A stretch of 64,000 nt of DNA from Octopus vulgaris (Eukaryota). Made by a program: the position numbers and the translations under genes. Below the pieces are notes generated by a model. That model did no database searches. It worked only from the letters and a program-made list of their open reading frames with translations, and had not been told where the DNA came from. The stretch lies in assembly GCA_951406725.2 (NCBI GenBank), contig OX597817.1, forward strand, positions 156,612,001 through 156,676,000. The letters run 5' to 3'. Below, in pieces: positions 51,336 through 64,000 of this stretch (position 1 is its first letter; each line of letters opens with the position of its first letter).

Positions 51336-52910
51336 GTAGCTGTCTTTATTAACTAGACTTCCTAATATTTAGAGACATTTACTTGCAAGCACGTTCATTT
51401 ATATATATACAAACACACACATGCTGGCCTACCAACCAACCAACCTCTTGCTAGAATTTCTGATGGTTTTTGCTTGCATTAACAAACTAGCCTAGTCTAC
51501 TTAGAGATTGTATGCTCTTCGGCTGAACAAAAACACTCATTACATACATACATACCTATACACACACACACATTATTTGGCTGGTCTTTTTAGCATCATG
51601 GCTCAAACCAACCCTGACCCACCTTGCTTAAGAAGAACACTGCACACACAAATACACACACACACACACACACACACTGAGAATCATGCTTGCAGTTGAC
51701 TGCTGATTGGTAGAGTAGTTTGTGTTGGTAGTTACCTTCCTTATACCAATTGGTAAAGGGTCATGGTGGTTTAAAGCTTCCTTTCAGTTACAATAATATG
51801 AGACCTTATTCTGGATCATTGATTTAATTTTCAGACTGGAATCCATAATCATATTATGCTTGTTTCTCTTTCAATATCATCCATATCCACCATCCACTCA
51901 CCCCTCCTCCATATCACTAAATGACTTGTCTACCTTATATTCTTCAATGTTCTGATCAAGTTAGCATGGTGAAGATTCTGGAAACAATGGTACTGTGATG
52001 TGGTTCCTGCCTACATTAACTTGCCTTTCTTTCTCTTTGGGTCTGATCAGCTGCGACAACCAAAAAATGTTGGGATTGGATGACACAGAATCTCTAGTAT
52101 TGTGAATCTACCGTCCTCAACATTGTTGGGGACTGAATGCTGTAGCATGACCCTACTTTCCAAACTTCTTTGAAACAGTAAAGATTGGATGACAGGACAT
52201 CTCAACACCAAGCTCCTTCAGTATTAATAAGACTGAAGAACTACGACACCTCCCAAACTCGCTATTCAGTTATGTACATTGGAGAACTGGAAATGTTCCA
52301 GTGGTACCCCAAAGATTTTCAAAGGAACATGAGATAGGAAGGTGTTCCAGTGCTTTACCTTAGTCATAGAATATTAAAATAAGTGGGCAACATGAAACCA
52401 TTTTTTGAGAATGGCATAGAGAAGTTTGATGGAACATATCTGATATCTTGGATAGAGAGATGAAGCATTGAAAAGTAGGTTTAAATCTGGAGCATCAGCT
52501 CTGTCAATATCACCAATTTGACTGAAGGCCTCCTCTTCCTCCTCCAATTAATCAAAAATTGTTTTTAGATGTCTGAAAATTACATTATTGATACCAGTAA
52601 TATTGGTTTCTTGTAGTTGATTTACGCTGCAAGTAATCACCAATCATACATTGCCTTACCATTGCAAATGGTTTTTAGCATGGTTTCCCTTTATCCTCTT
52701 TATATTCATTTAGTCTTTTATTACAGAGTTGTGCAGTTCATTAAAGTATATGAATTGTTAATTGAATTATTTCAATCTTTTTTTTAAGAACTACTTACAC
52801 ACCATTTGCCAGCCAATGATGGGTCAATAGAGTTCATTCGAGTTTTATTTTCACTAGAATGTTCTATTTTAATAATTCTTTTCTCCAGCATCTCATCCCT
52901 ATTTAAGTTT

Positions 52911-53138
52911 TTATTCCTTGTCATTTAAACCGGCCATATTCGGCCAGAAGTATTCTGCCTGTTTTATGTTCAAACTGGCCAGATCTGGTCTCTCACACCA
53001 ACCCTACAATATCGTTTTAAAAATGAACAGCTACCTCATCAAAATCTCATAGCTACAAGATAATGCATGATTAGTTCAAAACAATGTGGATAAAAAAGGA
53101 TTAATTTTGGCAGAATAATGCAAACACTAAAGGGTTAA
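52911..53138. mobile_element. piggyBac-type MITE, family B, inverted relative to 10358-10586
   Basis: Reverse-complement match over about 220 bp; right end taaagggTTAA. Confidence 0.8.
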
Positions 53139-55937
53139 GCCAGGTCAACCCTTTGTTGAGCAGACCTATGATCATAACCACCCTTCCAGAACCACTTCCT
53201 TCTAGGTGAAAATATATATACACATACACACACATTGCACAATATATATCCTTCCCTCATATAAAATGGTGGTATGATTTATGTCAGATTCGGCTGCTGC
53301 TATTTTGGTGCTGGTTATAGGGGTGATTTACTTCAATGAGAGATAGACATAAAGGCAGTGCTTCCTGCTGGCAGCACCATACAGAAAACCATCTTCAAAC
53401 TACATGGTTTATTTATTTGGACTTTGTGGCTGATTCAGTTACACATCACTAAACGCACTATCAGCAGTTGGAATCTCAGACTTTTCATATTCCTTCTCTT
53501 GGAAGTTATTCATTTATTGTTACACACACACACAGATGTAAGCATTGCATATATCTGTACATATATGTATATCCAACAAGGAAGAAACTACTATTTCGTA
53601 CTTACACACAGATCAAAACCCATATGCAGTAATATGCATACATTTATAGAGCTATATAATAGCTGAGATGGTAAACATAGGCATTCAGATTTATATGCAT
53701 GTACACATACATCCATGCATTTGGACATAAATAAAACACTAATTGTTATTGCAAGACTCTACCTAGAGATTCGATTCTTGAACATCATTTTTGATCTTGG
53801 CAAGATTTTATGGAAGGAATCTTACTTCTTGATTTGCAACCAGTTCTGTTTTTATTTGAGGCATATGCAGAACATTCGTGCATACAGACCTATGCAGATA
53901 TCTACATGCATATATTACAAGACCCTAATTCTTAATTTTGCTAAACTGCTTTTCTCATGTCATTCATTGTAGCTTCATTGGAAATACACCAACCAACCAA
54001 CCAAACTGGATTGTTGATCCCTCCTGTTTCAACTATTTTAGGGTCATCATACTGTTATCATGATTAAACTTTACACCCTTCTCTTAAGTGTAGATTCTTT
54101 TTCTTAAAATAAACCAAATTCTTTTAATCTGTTATTGGAGCCTTTTCCTGATCTGTTACTGAAAACAAAATGAGAAAACTCCTAAAGGAATAGATTTTTT
54201 TATGATTATTCCAAAATAACCTGTTATATTTGGTAACAGGTATTCTGTTCCATATCTGAGGACTCTGCATGTCTCATGTGACTACAAATTTATCAACACC
54301 TGAAAAGTTCCTCTCCATGGCACAGACCAGGGAAAGGTTGTTTTGTTTCATTTTTTGAGACAAGCAGTTTCTCTTGCAGATCTTCCCTCTCCATGCCATT
54401 ATTTGAAACATATGGGCCAAAACAACTTGGCACCACTGTCATAGTGGGCATTACTGTCAGAATATAAAGAACTGGAACAGGATACCACAAGATATCTTGT
54501 TTGAAACTTTATTAGTTTTCCAGTTCACAATCTTGGATTGGTACTTTATTTATTGGTCCCAAAAGGATAAGAGGCAAAGTTGACCTTAATGTTATTTGAA
54601 CCTAGAACACAGAGATCCAGAACAATTACCAAATACCTTTCTAATGACTCTGACAATTCAAACCCTTGAATGTATCTGGTAATACAGATGTTCTAGCTCT
54701 TTTATGGTCATTCCTAATAGTACAGGTGTTCTCAGTGTTCCATGACCATTTGGTTATATATTAAAATACAGCTGTTTTGTCTATCCCTATGATGTCCTTA
54801 TAATACCTGGTTGTACCATAAATGCTACACCCATATATTGATAAAATACTGCACTATTGATATGGCAGATTTATCTTTCCGTTCAAACACCAACATTTGA
54901 GTAGTACTTACTAGTGTAAGTTCATTGAAATATATTCATTAAAAATGTTATTTTGTAGAATCAAATAGGCATTGTAGTTGACATGAAGACCATTTAGCAC
55001 AAAAATACTGACAAGAAAAAAAAAAAATTTATCATTAGTAAACTGACAGCATTTAGAATTGAAATCATGTTTTATGACTTGTTACCAAAAATAACCCATG
55101 CACCTGTTACACTAAATTGAGCAGGTTCTTTTATTTCTTTATTTAATCAATAGTAATAAGTAAGGAAGAGGGGAAGTTGACCTAATTTTCTTTTCTGAAC
55201 TGTGAGTCCATGAACCAGTTAAATAAGAGCTCACATGGATAATATATCAATTTTATGTGTGTGCTTCAGAAAGCTTAAATATTTTCACTCTTCTTTCGTA
55301 CAGTTAAAGCTCCTGGCAAAAGCTATAAACTTTACACAATATTTCATTCCCCTTAACTATAAATTTGAAGTTACATGCTTAAAATGTTTTTTTTTTTTCA
55401 CCTTGGAATAAATATATATATATGCTATTGAATATTTAAGCAATTCTCTAATTAATAACCAACTACAAAATTTTACAAATTTGGTCTTTAAATACTTTAG
55501 AAACCATACATTCATTTACAATGTATTTTCATGGCCTGTAAACACATAGCTACCTATACACATATGTGCACAAACATATCTATTTATCAGTGGAAAATGC
55601 AGACATGCAATAAGTATGCAAGAAATAAGTAAAAGGAAAAACCTGGTTTAACATCTTCAAAATGGGATCTAATTATACCAGTATTTCTCATATAACATTG
55701 TATGTATGTTTGTTTTTTTGTGAAGGTACATGGCTTAGTGGTCATGGTATTTGGCTCATGATCATAAAGTTGTGAGTTCGATTCCTGATGATGCATTGTG
55801 ACCTTGAACAAGGCCCTTTATTTTATGTTGCTCCAGTCCACTCAGCTATCAAAAATGAGTTGTACCTGTAATTCAGAAGGGCCAGCCTTGTCACACTCTG
55901 TGCCATGCTGAAGCTCCCCGAGGACTATGTTTAGTAT

Positions 55938-57080
55938 ATGTCATCATTTAACATCCGCTTTCCATGGGTTGGACAATTTGACTGAGGACTGGCGAGCGAG
56001 ATGGCTGCACCAGGCTCCAATCTGATCTGGCAGAGTTTTGACAGCTGGATGCCCTTCCTAACACCAACCACTCCGAGAGTGTAGTGGGTGCTTTTATGTG
56101 CCACCAGCACGAGAGCCAGTTGGGTGGTACTGGTAACAGCCACACTCAAATGGTGTTTTTTTACATGCCACCTGCACAGGAGTCAGTCCAGCTGCACTGG
56201 CAATGACCTCGCTTCAATGTTTTTTCACATGCCACCGGCACAAGTGCCAGTAAGGTGATGCTGGTAACGATCACACTCGAACGTGCTTTTCACGTGCCAC
56301 CTGCACAGAAGCCAGTCAGCTGCTCTGGCAGCGATCATGCGCAGATGGTGCTCTTAGCGCTCCACTAGCACAGAAGCCAGTCATCAAATTTTATTTTGAT
56401 TTCACTCGCCTCAACAGGTCTTCGCAAGCAGAGTTTAGTGTCCAATGAAGGAAAGGTATACATAAGTGGGCTGGTTACACCCCTGGCATAAGCCACAGGT
56501 TATGGTCTCACTTGGCTTACCGAGTCTTCTCAAGCTCGGCATATTTCCAAAGGTCTTGGTCACTAGTCATTGCCTCGGTGAGGCCTAATATTCAAAGGTT
56601 GTGCTTCACCACCTCATCCCAGGTCTTTGTGGGTCTACCTCTTCCACAGGTTCCCTCAACCGCTAAAGTGTGGAACTTTTCACACAGGTTATGGTCTCAC
56701 TTGGCTTGCCAAGTCTTCTCAAGCTCAGCATATTTCCAAAAGTCTCGGTCACTAGTTATTGCCTCGGTGAGGCCTAATATTCAAAGGTCGTGCTTCACCA
56801 CCTCATCCCAGGTCTTTGTGGGTCTACCTCTTCCACAGATTCCCTCAACCGCTAAAGTGTGGCACTTTTTCACACAGCTATCCTCATCCATTCTCGCCAC
56901 ATGACCATACCAGTGCAGCCGTCTCTCTTGCACACCACATCTGATGCTTCTTAGGTCCAACTTTTCTCTCAAGGTACTTACACTCTGTCGAGTATGCACA
57001 CTGACATTACACATCCATTGGAGCATACTGGCTTCATTCCTTGCGAGCTTACTCATGTCCTCAGCAGTCACGGCCATGTA
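55938..57080 (-). mobile_element. RTE-clade LINE, 5'-truncated: ORF C-terminus plus 3' UTR
   Basis: RNEASMLQWMC...LREKL...RRLHWYGHVARM...GRGRPTKTWDEVVKHDL is the RTE C-terminal signature; ends ccaacccatggaaagcggatgttaaatgatga. Confidence 0.92.
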
Positions 57081-57436
57081 GCATTGCTGTTCATGCTCAG
57101 CCACTTGCACATAAATTTTATGAGCAAACTGTTCCATCAATCAAATCAATGGGAACACTTGTTGGCATAACCAATAGAGGGCCAGGCCATGTGAAAATTC
57201 TTTCTCTTGACATATTTAATTCCTAAAAACTATGTGAAGCCAAAATCACCTTCTCATAGTTTGTTGCCAGCCAACAAATGTATAGTAAAGACAAAAGACC
57301 TGTTGCAATAGTTGTACTTTAGACTGTAGCTACAGATTCAAGGAGATTGAAAAGCAAATGAAATCAAATGCCATACATTTCTTTATACAAGTATATAAAG
57401 TATTATTACATTACAGTGTGTGTGTGTAAACCTGGC

Positions 57437-57480
57437 ATATATACATTCATACATACATACACACATATGATATATGTATG

Positions 57481-57531
<51 letters not shown>

Positions 57532-57549
57532 TGTTTATATATATATATG

Positions 57550-57642
<93 letters not shown>

Positions 57643-57692
57643 GTATGTGTATATATATATATATATATATGTGTATATATATATACATACAT

Positions 57693-57735
<43 letters not shown>
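57437..57735. repeat. Compound (TA)n/(TATG)n microsatellite
   Basis: Read directly; source of the YIYI pseudo-ORFs. Confidence 0.97.
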
Positions 57736-57738
<3 letters not shown>

Positions 57739-58062
57739 CTGGTTCCAAAGCAATTTAAGAAAATGAGTTTTAACCCATTGCTAGTATTGTCCTTAAAATG
57801 AAAAATTTAGTTCACAGAATTCATACATCAAAATTATTTTGGATGGCACCAAAATGCTAGACAGTGATATATTGCTTTTATCATCCTTTTCAAATTCAGT
57901 TTCATCAAATGAAAAGACAGATTCTACTAAACTAATGAAAATTATCATCAAATCTTTCCTCTGGCACTCTTAATTAATTTGATTGTTTTGACTCTAGCAT
58001 CTACACACTCATATATACATATATATATATATGTATGTATATGTACATATGTATGTATGCAC

Positions 58063-58101
<39 letters not shown>

Positions 58102-58728
58102 TATACACATATATATTTATATATATATATATATATATGTATAGAATTGCATGTTCATTTCTGTGACCCTTTGTACTCTTCATGTTTGTTCTTCCTTTCT
58201 TCCCCTTACACTGGATTATTTTCTTACCATTTCTCCACATTTCTGTCATAAGTAGATCATTGTTTTAATCTTCATTTCTTTCTTTGTTATTATTAATTAT
58301 TACGATTATTATTATCATTATTATTATTATTATTACTGCTACCATCATCATCATCACCATTTTATTATAATCGTTGTCAATTTATGTATTTTTTTGTATA
58401 ATGTGTTAGTTTTGGTTAGTTTATATCATTAAGTTATTATTTTTTTTTTTGTTTTATTTCTTTCATTATTGAAAATGCAATATTGTCTTTTTCTTCATTT
58501 TATTTATATTTCCTTTATGTGCTTTTTTTTTTTTCACTTGATTTAAAAATTAAAATAAATCCAGATAGTCTGTGCGTCTCTCCCCTCGTATCCTCCTTCT
58601 AATAAAGAGAAGACAATTCTCTGTTTGACACTAGATATTGCAGCAATGGCTAATAAGATTTTACTGGAGTTACTTATTAAAAAATGACAGATGAGCGAAA
58701 ATTTTTTATCATTTCACAAAAATCTACC

Positions 58729-58956
58729 TTAATCCTTTAGCATTCAGATTATTCTGTCAAATGTAAAGCTTATATATTCACACCATGTAAAATTAATCTT
58801 GCATCATTTCATGGCTTTGAGATTTCAATGATGTGATTGTTTATTTTTAAAATGACACAATAGGGTAGCTATGAATGACCATATCTGACTGGTTTGAACA
58901 TAAAAGAGGTAGAATATTTTGGCCGGATATGGCCGGTTTAAACACTAAAGGGTTAA
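58729..58956. mobile_element. piggyBac-type MITE, family B (partial copy also at about 6869-7000)
   Basis: TTAA-tcctttag ... ctaaaggg-TTAA. Confidence 0.78.
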
Positions 58957-60105
58957 TAATTGCTTGAACACTTAATCTTTCCTGAAGAGAAGTCTTTTGT
59001 TTTCTTAGTTGTATGATCTACCTTGGTCTCTTGGCTACATGATTACTAGTCTCCTTGTCAGAAGATATCATCCAGGCTACTAATTCAGGAACTTTACAAG
59101 GCTGGGACTTGCAGCAACCATGTAGGAGTTTCCATACTAGCCTAATTGCTTTTCAATACTTTCCTTTCATTCTTAAGATGAAAGACTGTTTTAGCGCTAA
59201 ACCTAGAAATAGTATGATAAAGTTCTATAGACAACATTAGTGTTCTGTGAGTTGAAGAATGCCACTTTCTGAAGCATTAGATGTCTCTTTTTCCCAACAT
59301 GTTTAACCATTGGAGTGACAAGGACCATCTAGTAGTCATTAAGGATGACTGATGACTTGTGCAATGACTTTGTTTAATGTGAAGAGTTTGCACACTGTCA
59401 ACTTCACTCTCATCTGTGACCATCTTCAATCCAGAAGCAAGACCAGGTCAAGACAACTGGTGATGGAGACAGATGCAGTGATGACCAAAATGTCATGCCT
59501 TATCTTGCTCCCTAAACTTCACAATGCATTGCTTCAGTTGCCTTCCCCTCTGTTAAACCATGAAGGTTTCTTCTGCAGGGTCTGCCTGATCCACTCTTCA
59601 CATGCATAGGCAAGCAAGCCCTAATATGCTAATTAACCATAGCTAGAACTATGACAGGTGCTACTACTCCAGATTAGAGTAGAATAAGGAACAATTGTGG
59701 TTAGGATGTGGTTCTATAAATTCTAGAACTCTCAAACCAGAGTACCACTATCAGATGCTGTTAAAAATCATTCCTAAGACGTTTTTCCCTACAACACATT
59801 AACCCTTAAGATCATGTTGAAAATTTTCTCAAATTCAAAAGCCCAGTCCTGTGATAATTCTCTTACAGAACAAAAATGAATGAATGATAGGGAAAGGGAT
59901 TAGAGATTTTATTCCCTTACATTTCTTCCTATCTTCAAATGAATGTAAACAAAGTTAGTACTATTCTTATGATATTGTACATTTCAGGACTGTCTGACTG
60001 ATACAGTCCTGTTGCAGTACTGTATTTACAGTAATTTAAAAGTTAACATTATTTAACAGATTTCTGCAGAAACGGGTCATTGTTAGTTTCTTCAACATCT
60101 GGTGT

Positions 60106-60318
60106 TAGTTAGTTAGTTAGTTAATTTGGCTCAAAAGCAAATAGCAAGGCCATGTAGGGGGACATGGAGTTAAGTACAGGGTGGTGTTCATGTAAAGAGT
60201 TCAGGCCACTTGAGGTCAAGGGAGGCTTTGAACAAAGCGGTCGTCGGCATCTTCACCATCTCGTCTGGCAGCTTGTTCCACGGATCCGCAACCCGGACGG
60301 AGAAAGCTCCTCTCCTCT
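60106..60318 (-). mobile_element. CR1-clade LINE 3' end, same family as 2603-3050
   Basis: Nearly identical sequence and (GTTA)n tail. Confidence 0.88.
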
Positions 60319-60946
60319 CCTTAGAGAGGAAGCAGCAAGAAAATCAGTTTGTCAATCATTGACCATATTCCCAACTTTCTCTCTCTCTCTCAATCCTCCT
60401 ATCTCAGATGTTTTGTCAATGGGCATTATTTGTGCCCTCTTGCAGGTATATCCCTTTCCTGTTAGGTGTAATGAGTAGGTGCCATTGCAGTGTCCAGTTA
60501 ACATACTACTTCTGTCTTTACATTCAGAGTTCAAATTCTACCAAGGTTGACTTTGCCTTTCATCCTTCTGGGGTTGATAAAATAAGTACTACTTCAACGT
60601 TGGTGTTGATATAACCAATTGCTCTCCTTCTCCCAAATTTCAGGCCTATAATAGGAAGAAATTATTATTATTATTATTATTATTATTAAGGTTAAAGATA
60701 CCATAGTGGGGCATTGAGTTCTTGACAGACCAACTCTGCAACTCTAATATGGCTTCTAGTTGAAACCACTTTTGCTTATGCTCATAAAAATATGTACATC
60801 TCAACTTCCCCATTAAATCTGCTAATAGTTATACTCAATGTATCTCTTGGCTTTTTTTAGTGTCCCTAGATATGACATTTTACTCGCTTTGCTGTAAGAT
60901 TCATAACTTGCATATTATTAGTTAATTATATTCTACTATATATTTA

Positions 60947-61331
60947 TGGAAGCACTCCGTTGGTTACGACGATGAGGGTTCCGATTGATCCGAATCAACG
61001 GAACAGCCTGCTCGTGAAATTAACATGTAAGTGGCTAAGCACTCCACAGACACGTGTACCCGTAACATAGTTCTCGGGGATATTCAGCGTGACACAGAGA
61101 GTGACAAGGCCGGCCCTTTGAAATACAGGTACAACAGAAACAGGAAGTAAGAGTGAGAGAAAGTTATGGTGAAAGAGTACAGCAGGGATCACCACCATCC
61201 CCTGCCAGAGCCTCGTGGAGCTTTTTAGGTGTTTTCGCTCAATAAACACTCACAACGCCCGGTCTGGGAATCGAAACCGCGATCCTATGACCGCGAGTCC
61301 GCTGCCCTAACCACTGGGCCATTGCGCCTCC
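60947..61331 (-). mobile_element. SINE family 2 copy
   Basis: Reverse complement of 7443-7825; direct repeat ctatatatttat at 60936-60947 and 61331-61342. Confidence 0.9.
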
Positions 61332-62146
61332 TATATATTTATACAGTATAGATGTTTTAACTATTGGAAAATGAAAACATTTCCAGCAAGTCTGATGTCT
61401 TCAGGCAAAGTACTTTCCTTTAAGTTATTGTTATTTCTACTTAGTGTATATTTTTGAAGAGGGCTGTTCAATGTCAAAGCTGAATATTCTAAAAGAGTGA
61501 GCTTAGTACTTCAGTTATTAGTAGTGTTACATTTGTTCTTCTCATTCATGTTCTCAAGCTTTTGTTGTTGGCCCCAGTTCAGCTCTGATCCAGCAGACTT
61601 AGGATTAATGCTATTCTGGTCACGGCTATAACTGTTTTCTCAAACATAGTATATCCTATGATGATACTATCCTTTTTTAAATGATTAAGGCTTAATTTAA
61701 CCCTTTTAGCATTTAAACCAGCTATATCAGGCCCAAACGGACCAATTCAACCAATAAAACAAGGGCCAATAAAGTACCAGTCATGTATTGGGGTTATTGG
61801 GGTAGAATAAGCCCTCTCCTCAAAACTGCTGGCTTTGTGCCTAAATTAGAAATGTTGTATATATATATATTACTAAGGGCAATCAAATAAGTACCAGTAA
61901 TACAGGCATGTTAATTCAGTTAACCCCTCTCAAAATGTGTGATTTTGTACATTATCATCATCAGCAGCAGCATTATCATTTATTATTATATATCATTATA
62001 ATCATTTTTATTATTATTTTATTATTTTAGTGGATCTTGTATTATGGCAGTAATTTATTTGGGGAATCGGTGCATGATATAGTTCTTGGTTTCAGTTCCC
62101 TTCTTTTTTTTACCAGTGTTATTTGGGGCGTTATACCTTCCCATTT

Positions 62147-62525
62147 CATCATCATCATCATCATCATCATTTAGCATCCGTTTTCCATGCTAGCATGGGT
62201 TGGACGGTTCAACTGGGGTCTGTGAAGCCAGAAGGCTGCATCAGGCCCAGTCTGATCTGGCAGTGTTTCTACGGCTGGATGCCCTTCCTAACGCCAACCA
62301 CTCCGAGAGTGTAGTGGGTGATTTTATGTGCCACCGACACAGGTGCCAGACGAGGCTGGCAAACGGCCACGCTCGGATGGTGTTTTTTTACGTGCCACCG
62401 GCACGGAGGCCAGTCAATGCGGTACTGGCTACGGCCACGTTCGGATGGTCTTCGTATGTGCCACCGGCACTGGTACCACAAAGCTACAAATTCCATTAAT
62501 GTTCATCGAGTTTGCTTTTGATTTT
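62147..62525 (-). mobile_element. RTE LINE 3' UTR fragment (shorter + strand tails also at about 21680-21915, 32495-32650, 36588-36735)
   Basis: (CAT)n, then ttccatgctagcatgggttgg and gtgccaccggcac repeats. Confidence 0.85.
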
Positions 62526-63082
62526 GTCCATTTTGTCAATTTTATAAATCCTTCTTATAAATCCAAAGATCCATCTTTAATTCAGAAATTATCATCATCA
62601 TCATCATCATCATCATTATTATTATCATCACTTTCATGTTTCCACTGCTGTGCTGTACATCAGTGACCCCAAAAATGCCCTAAAGGAGTGACGCACAAAT
62701 ATCTCTTTTTGATCTTCTTTGAATGGACAAAAGTTTCTTGGATGGACAAACATGGTAGACAGTGAGATAATATAAACCCTTCTCTTTCCTGTTCTCTCTC
62801 TTCAGCTTATGTCCTTCCTTCCTTCCTTCCTACTCTCTTCATTACATCCTTTTACATTACAAGTTCAGATCCCATCACTTTACCTTTCATACACGCAGGG
62901 TCAAGAAATGATCATCAGCCATATATAACTGGCACCAGTTTCAAAAACATGTAATCTTGAGTCAATGCTAGAAACCATTACTGTAAAGCCAATTATGATT
63001 AACTATTTAAATTCTTAGGTTTAAACATCTGGTTTGATGATAGTCTGGTGCCATTCAAATACTGCACACTGAATATATATAT

Positions 63083-63315
63083 GTTTCTTTACTACCCACA
63101 AGGGGCTAAACATAGAGGGGACAAACAAGAACAGACAAACGAATTTAAGTCGATTATATCGACCCCAGTGCGTAACTGGTACTTAATTTATCGACCCCGA
63201 AAGGATGAAAGGCAAAGTCGACCTCGGTGGAATTTGAACTCGGAACGTAACGGTAGACGAAATATGGCTACGCATTTCGCCCAGCGTGCTAACCGTTCTG
63301 CCAGCTCGCCGCCTT
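63083..63315 (-). mobile_element. SINE family 1 copy
   Basis: Full length; flanking repeat acactgaatatatatat at 63066-63082 and 63321-63337. Confidence 0.9.
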
Positions 63316-64000
63316 CTTATACACTGAATATATATATACTTTGTATAGTACTATGTATTATATCTTATATAGTATGAGGTGGTGAGCTGGTAGAATCATT
63401 ACTGCTCCAGATAAAATGCCCTGTGGCATTTCTTCCAGACCTCAAAAGCCACCAAGTTCAATTTTGCCTTTCAGTTAACCCCTCTCAAAATGGACTTCAG
63501 GGTCAATGTAAATGACTTATCTCTCCCCCTCAATTTTGCCGGCCTTGTTCCAAAATTAGAAATAATCCATATGTTATGTAGTATGAAATATTATTGGGAA
63601 TTAAATAATAGTGTATAGAAAAATATACAAGTTCGTTAAGACAGTGTAGTGTATGGACATAGACTTCAATCAGAGATGATGCTAAGTTGGTATGTGTATC
63701 TATGCATTACATTTTAAATGCATATCTACATGTGTGTTGATATATTCATGTACATATGTATGCTTTAACTCATTTGATATCAATCCACCTGAAACCAACT
63801 TGGGTCTTTGATACAAACTTAATTTTAAAATACTCTAAATTGAAACCAGTCAAAAATTTCATGTTTATTTTTGCTCCAATTACCAATGAAAACAATTGTA
63901 GTGTATTTCAATAGAAACATAACAAAAAGGTTAATATTAATATAATAGTATGTGTACCTCTATAATGTATATATGTATGTATGTACACGGACTTTATTAT

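Noticed and set aside
56090-56380. CRISPR-like repeat-spacer appearance of gtgccggtggcac units
   Set aside because: The linkers are homologous to each other, the array sits in a LINE 3' UTR in a eukaryotic intron, and there are no cas genes.
57368-58251. YIYI/HTHT-rich ORFs
   Set aside because: These are translations of (TA)n/(CA)n microsatellites.

Overview
This is AT-rich, repeat-dense eukaryotic DNA. Its SINE, RTE and CR1 repeat complement and (TA/CA)n load point to an octopus-type cephalopod genome (inferred, not verified). The whole window lies inside one + strand ankyrin gene (ANK2/unc-44-like). I can read about 15 GT-AG exons in continuous phase. They encode the end of ZU5-N, ZU5-C, UPA, a linker, the death domain and part of a low-complexity C-terminal tail built from symmetric, cassette-like exons. 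The start codon and ankyrin repeats lie upstream of the window, and the true stop is not confidently seen. Introns hold at least three tRNA-derived SINE families, RTE and CR1 LINE 3' fragments, TTAA-flanked piggyBac-type MITEs, a mariner-type MITE, degenerate minisatellites and microsatellites. Nearly all short ORFs in the supplied track are repeat or microsatellite artefacts. I found no new protein-coding system. The most interesting signals are at the RNA level: candidate microexons and cassette exons with an Rbfox/STAR motif cluster, inverted SINE pairs and a long hairpin that could form dsRNA, and a variable-copy hairpin array in an RTE 3' UTR.
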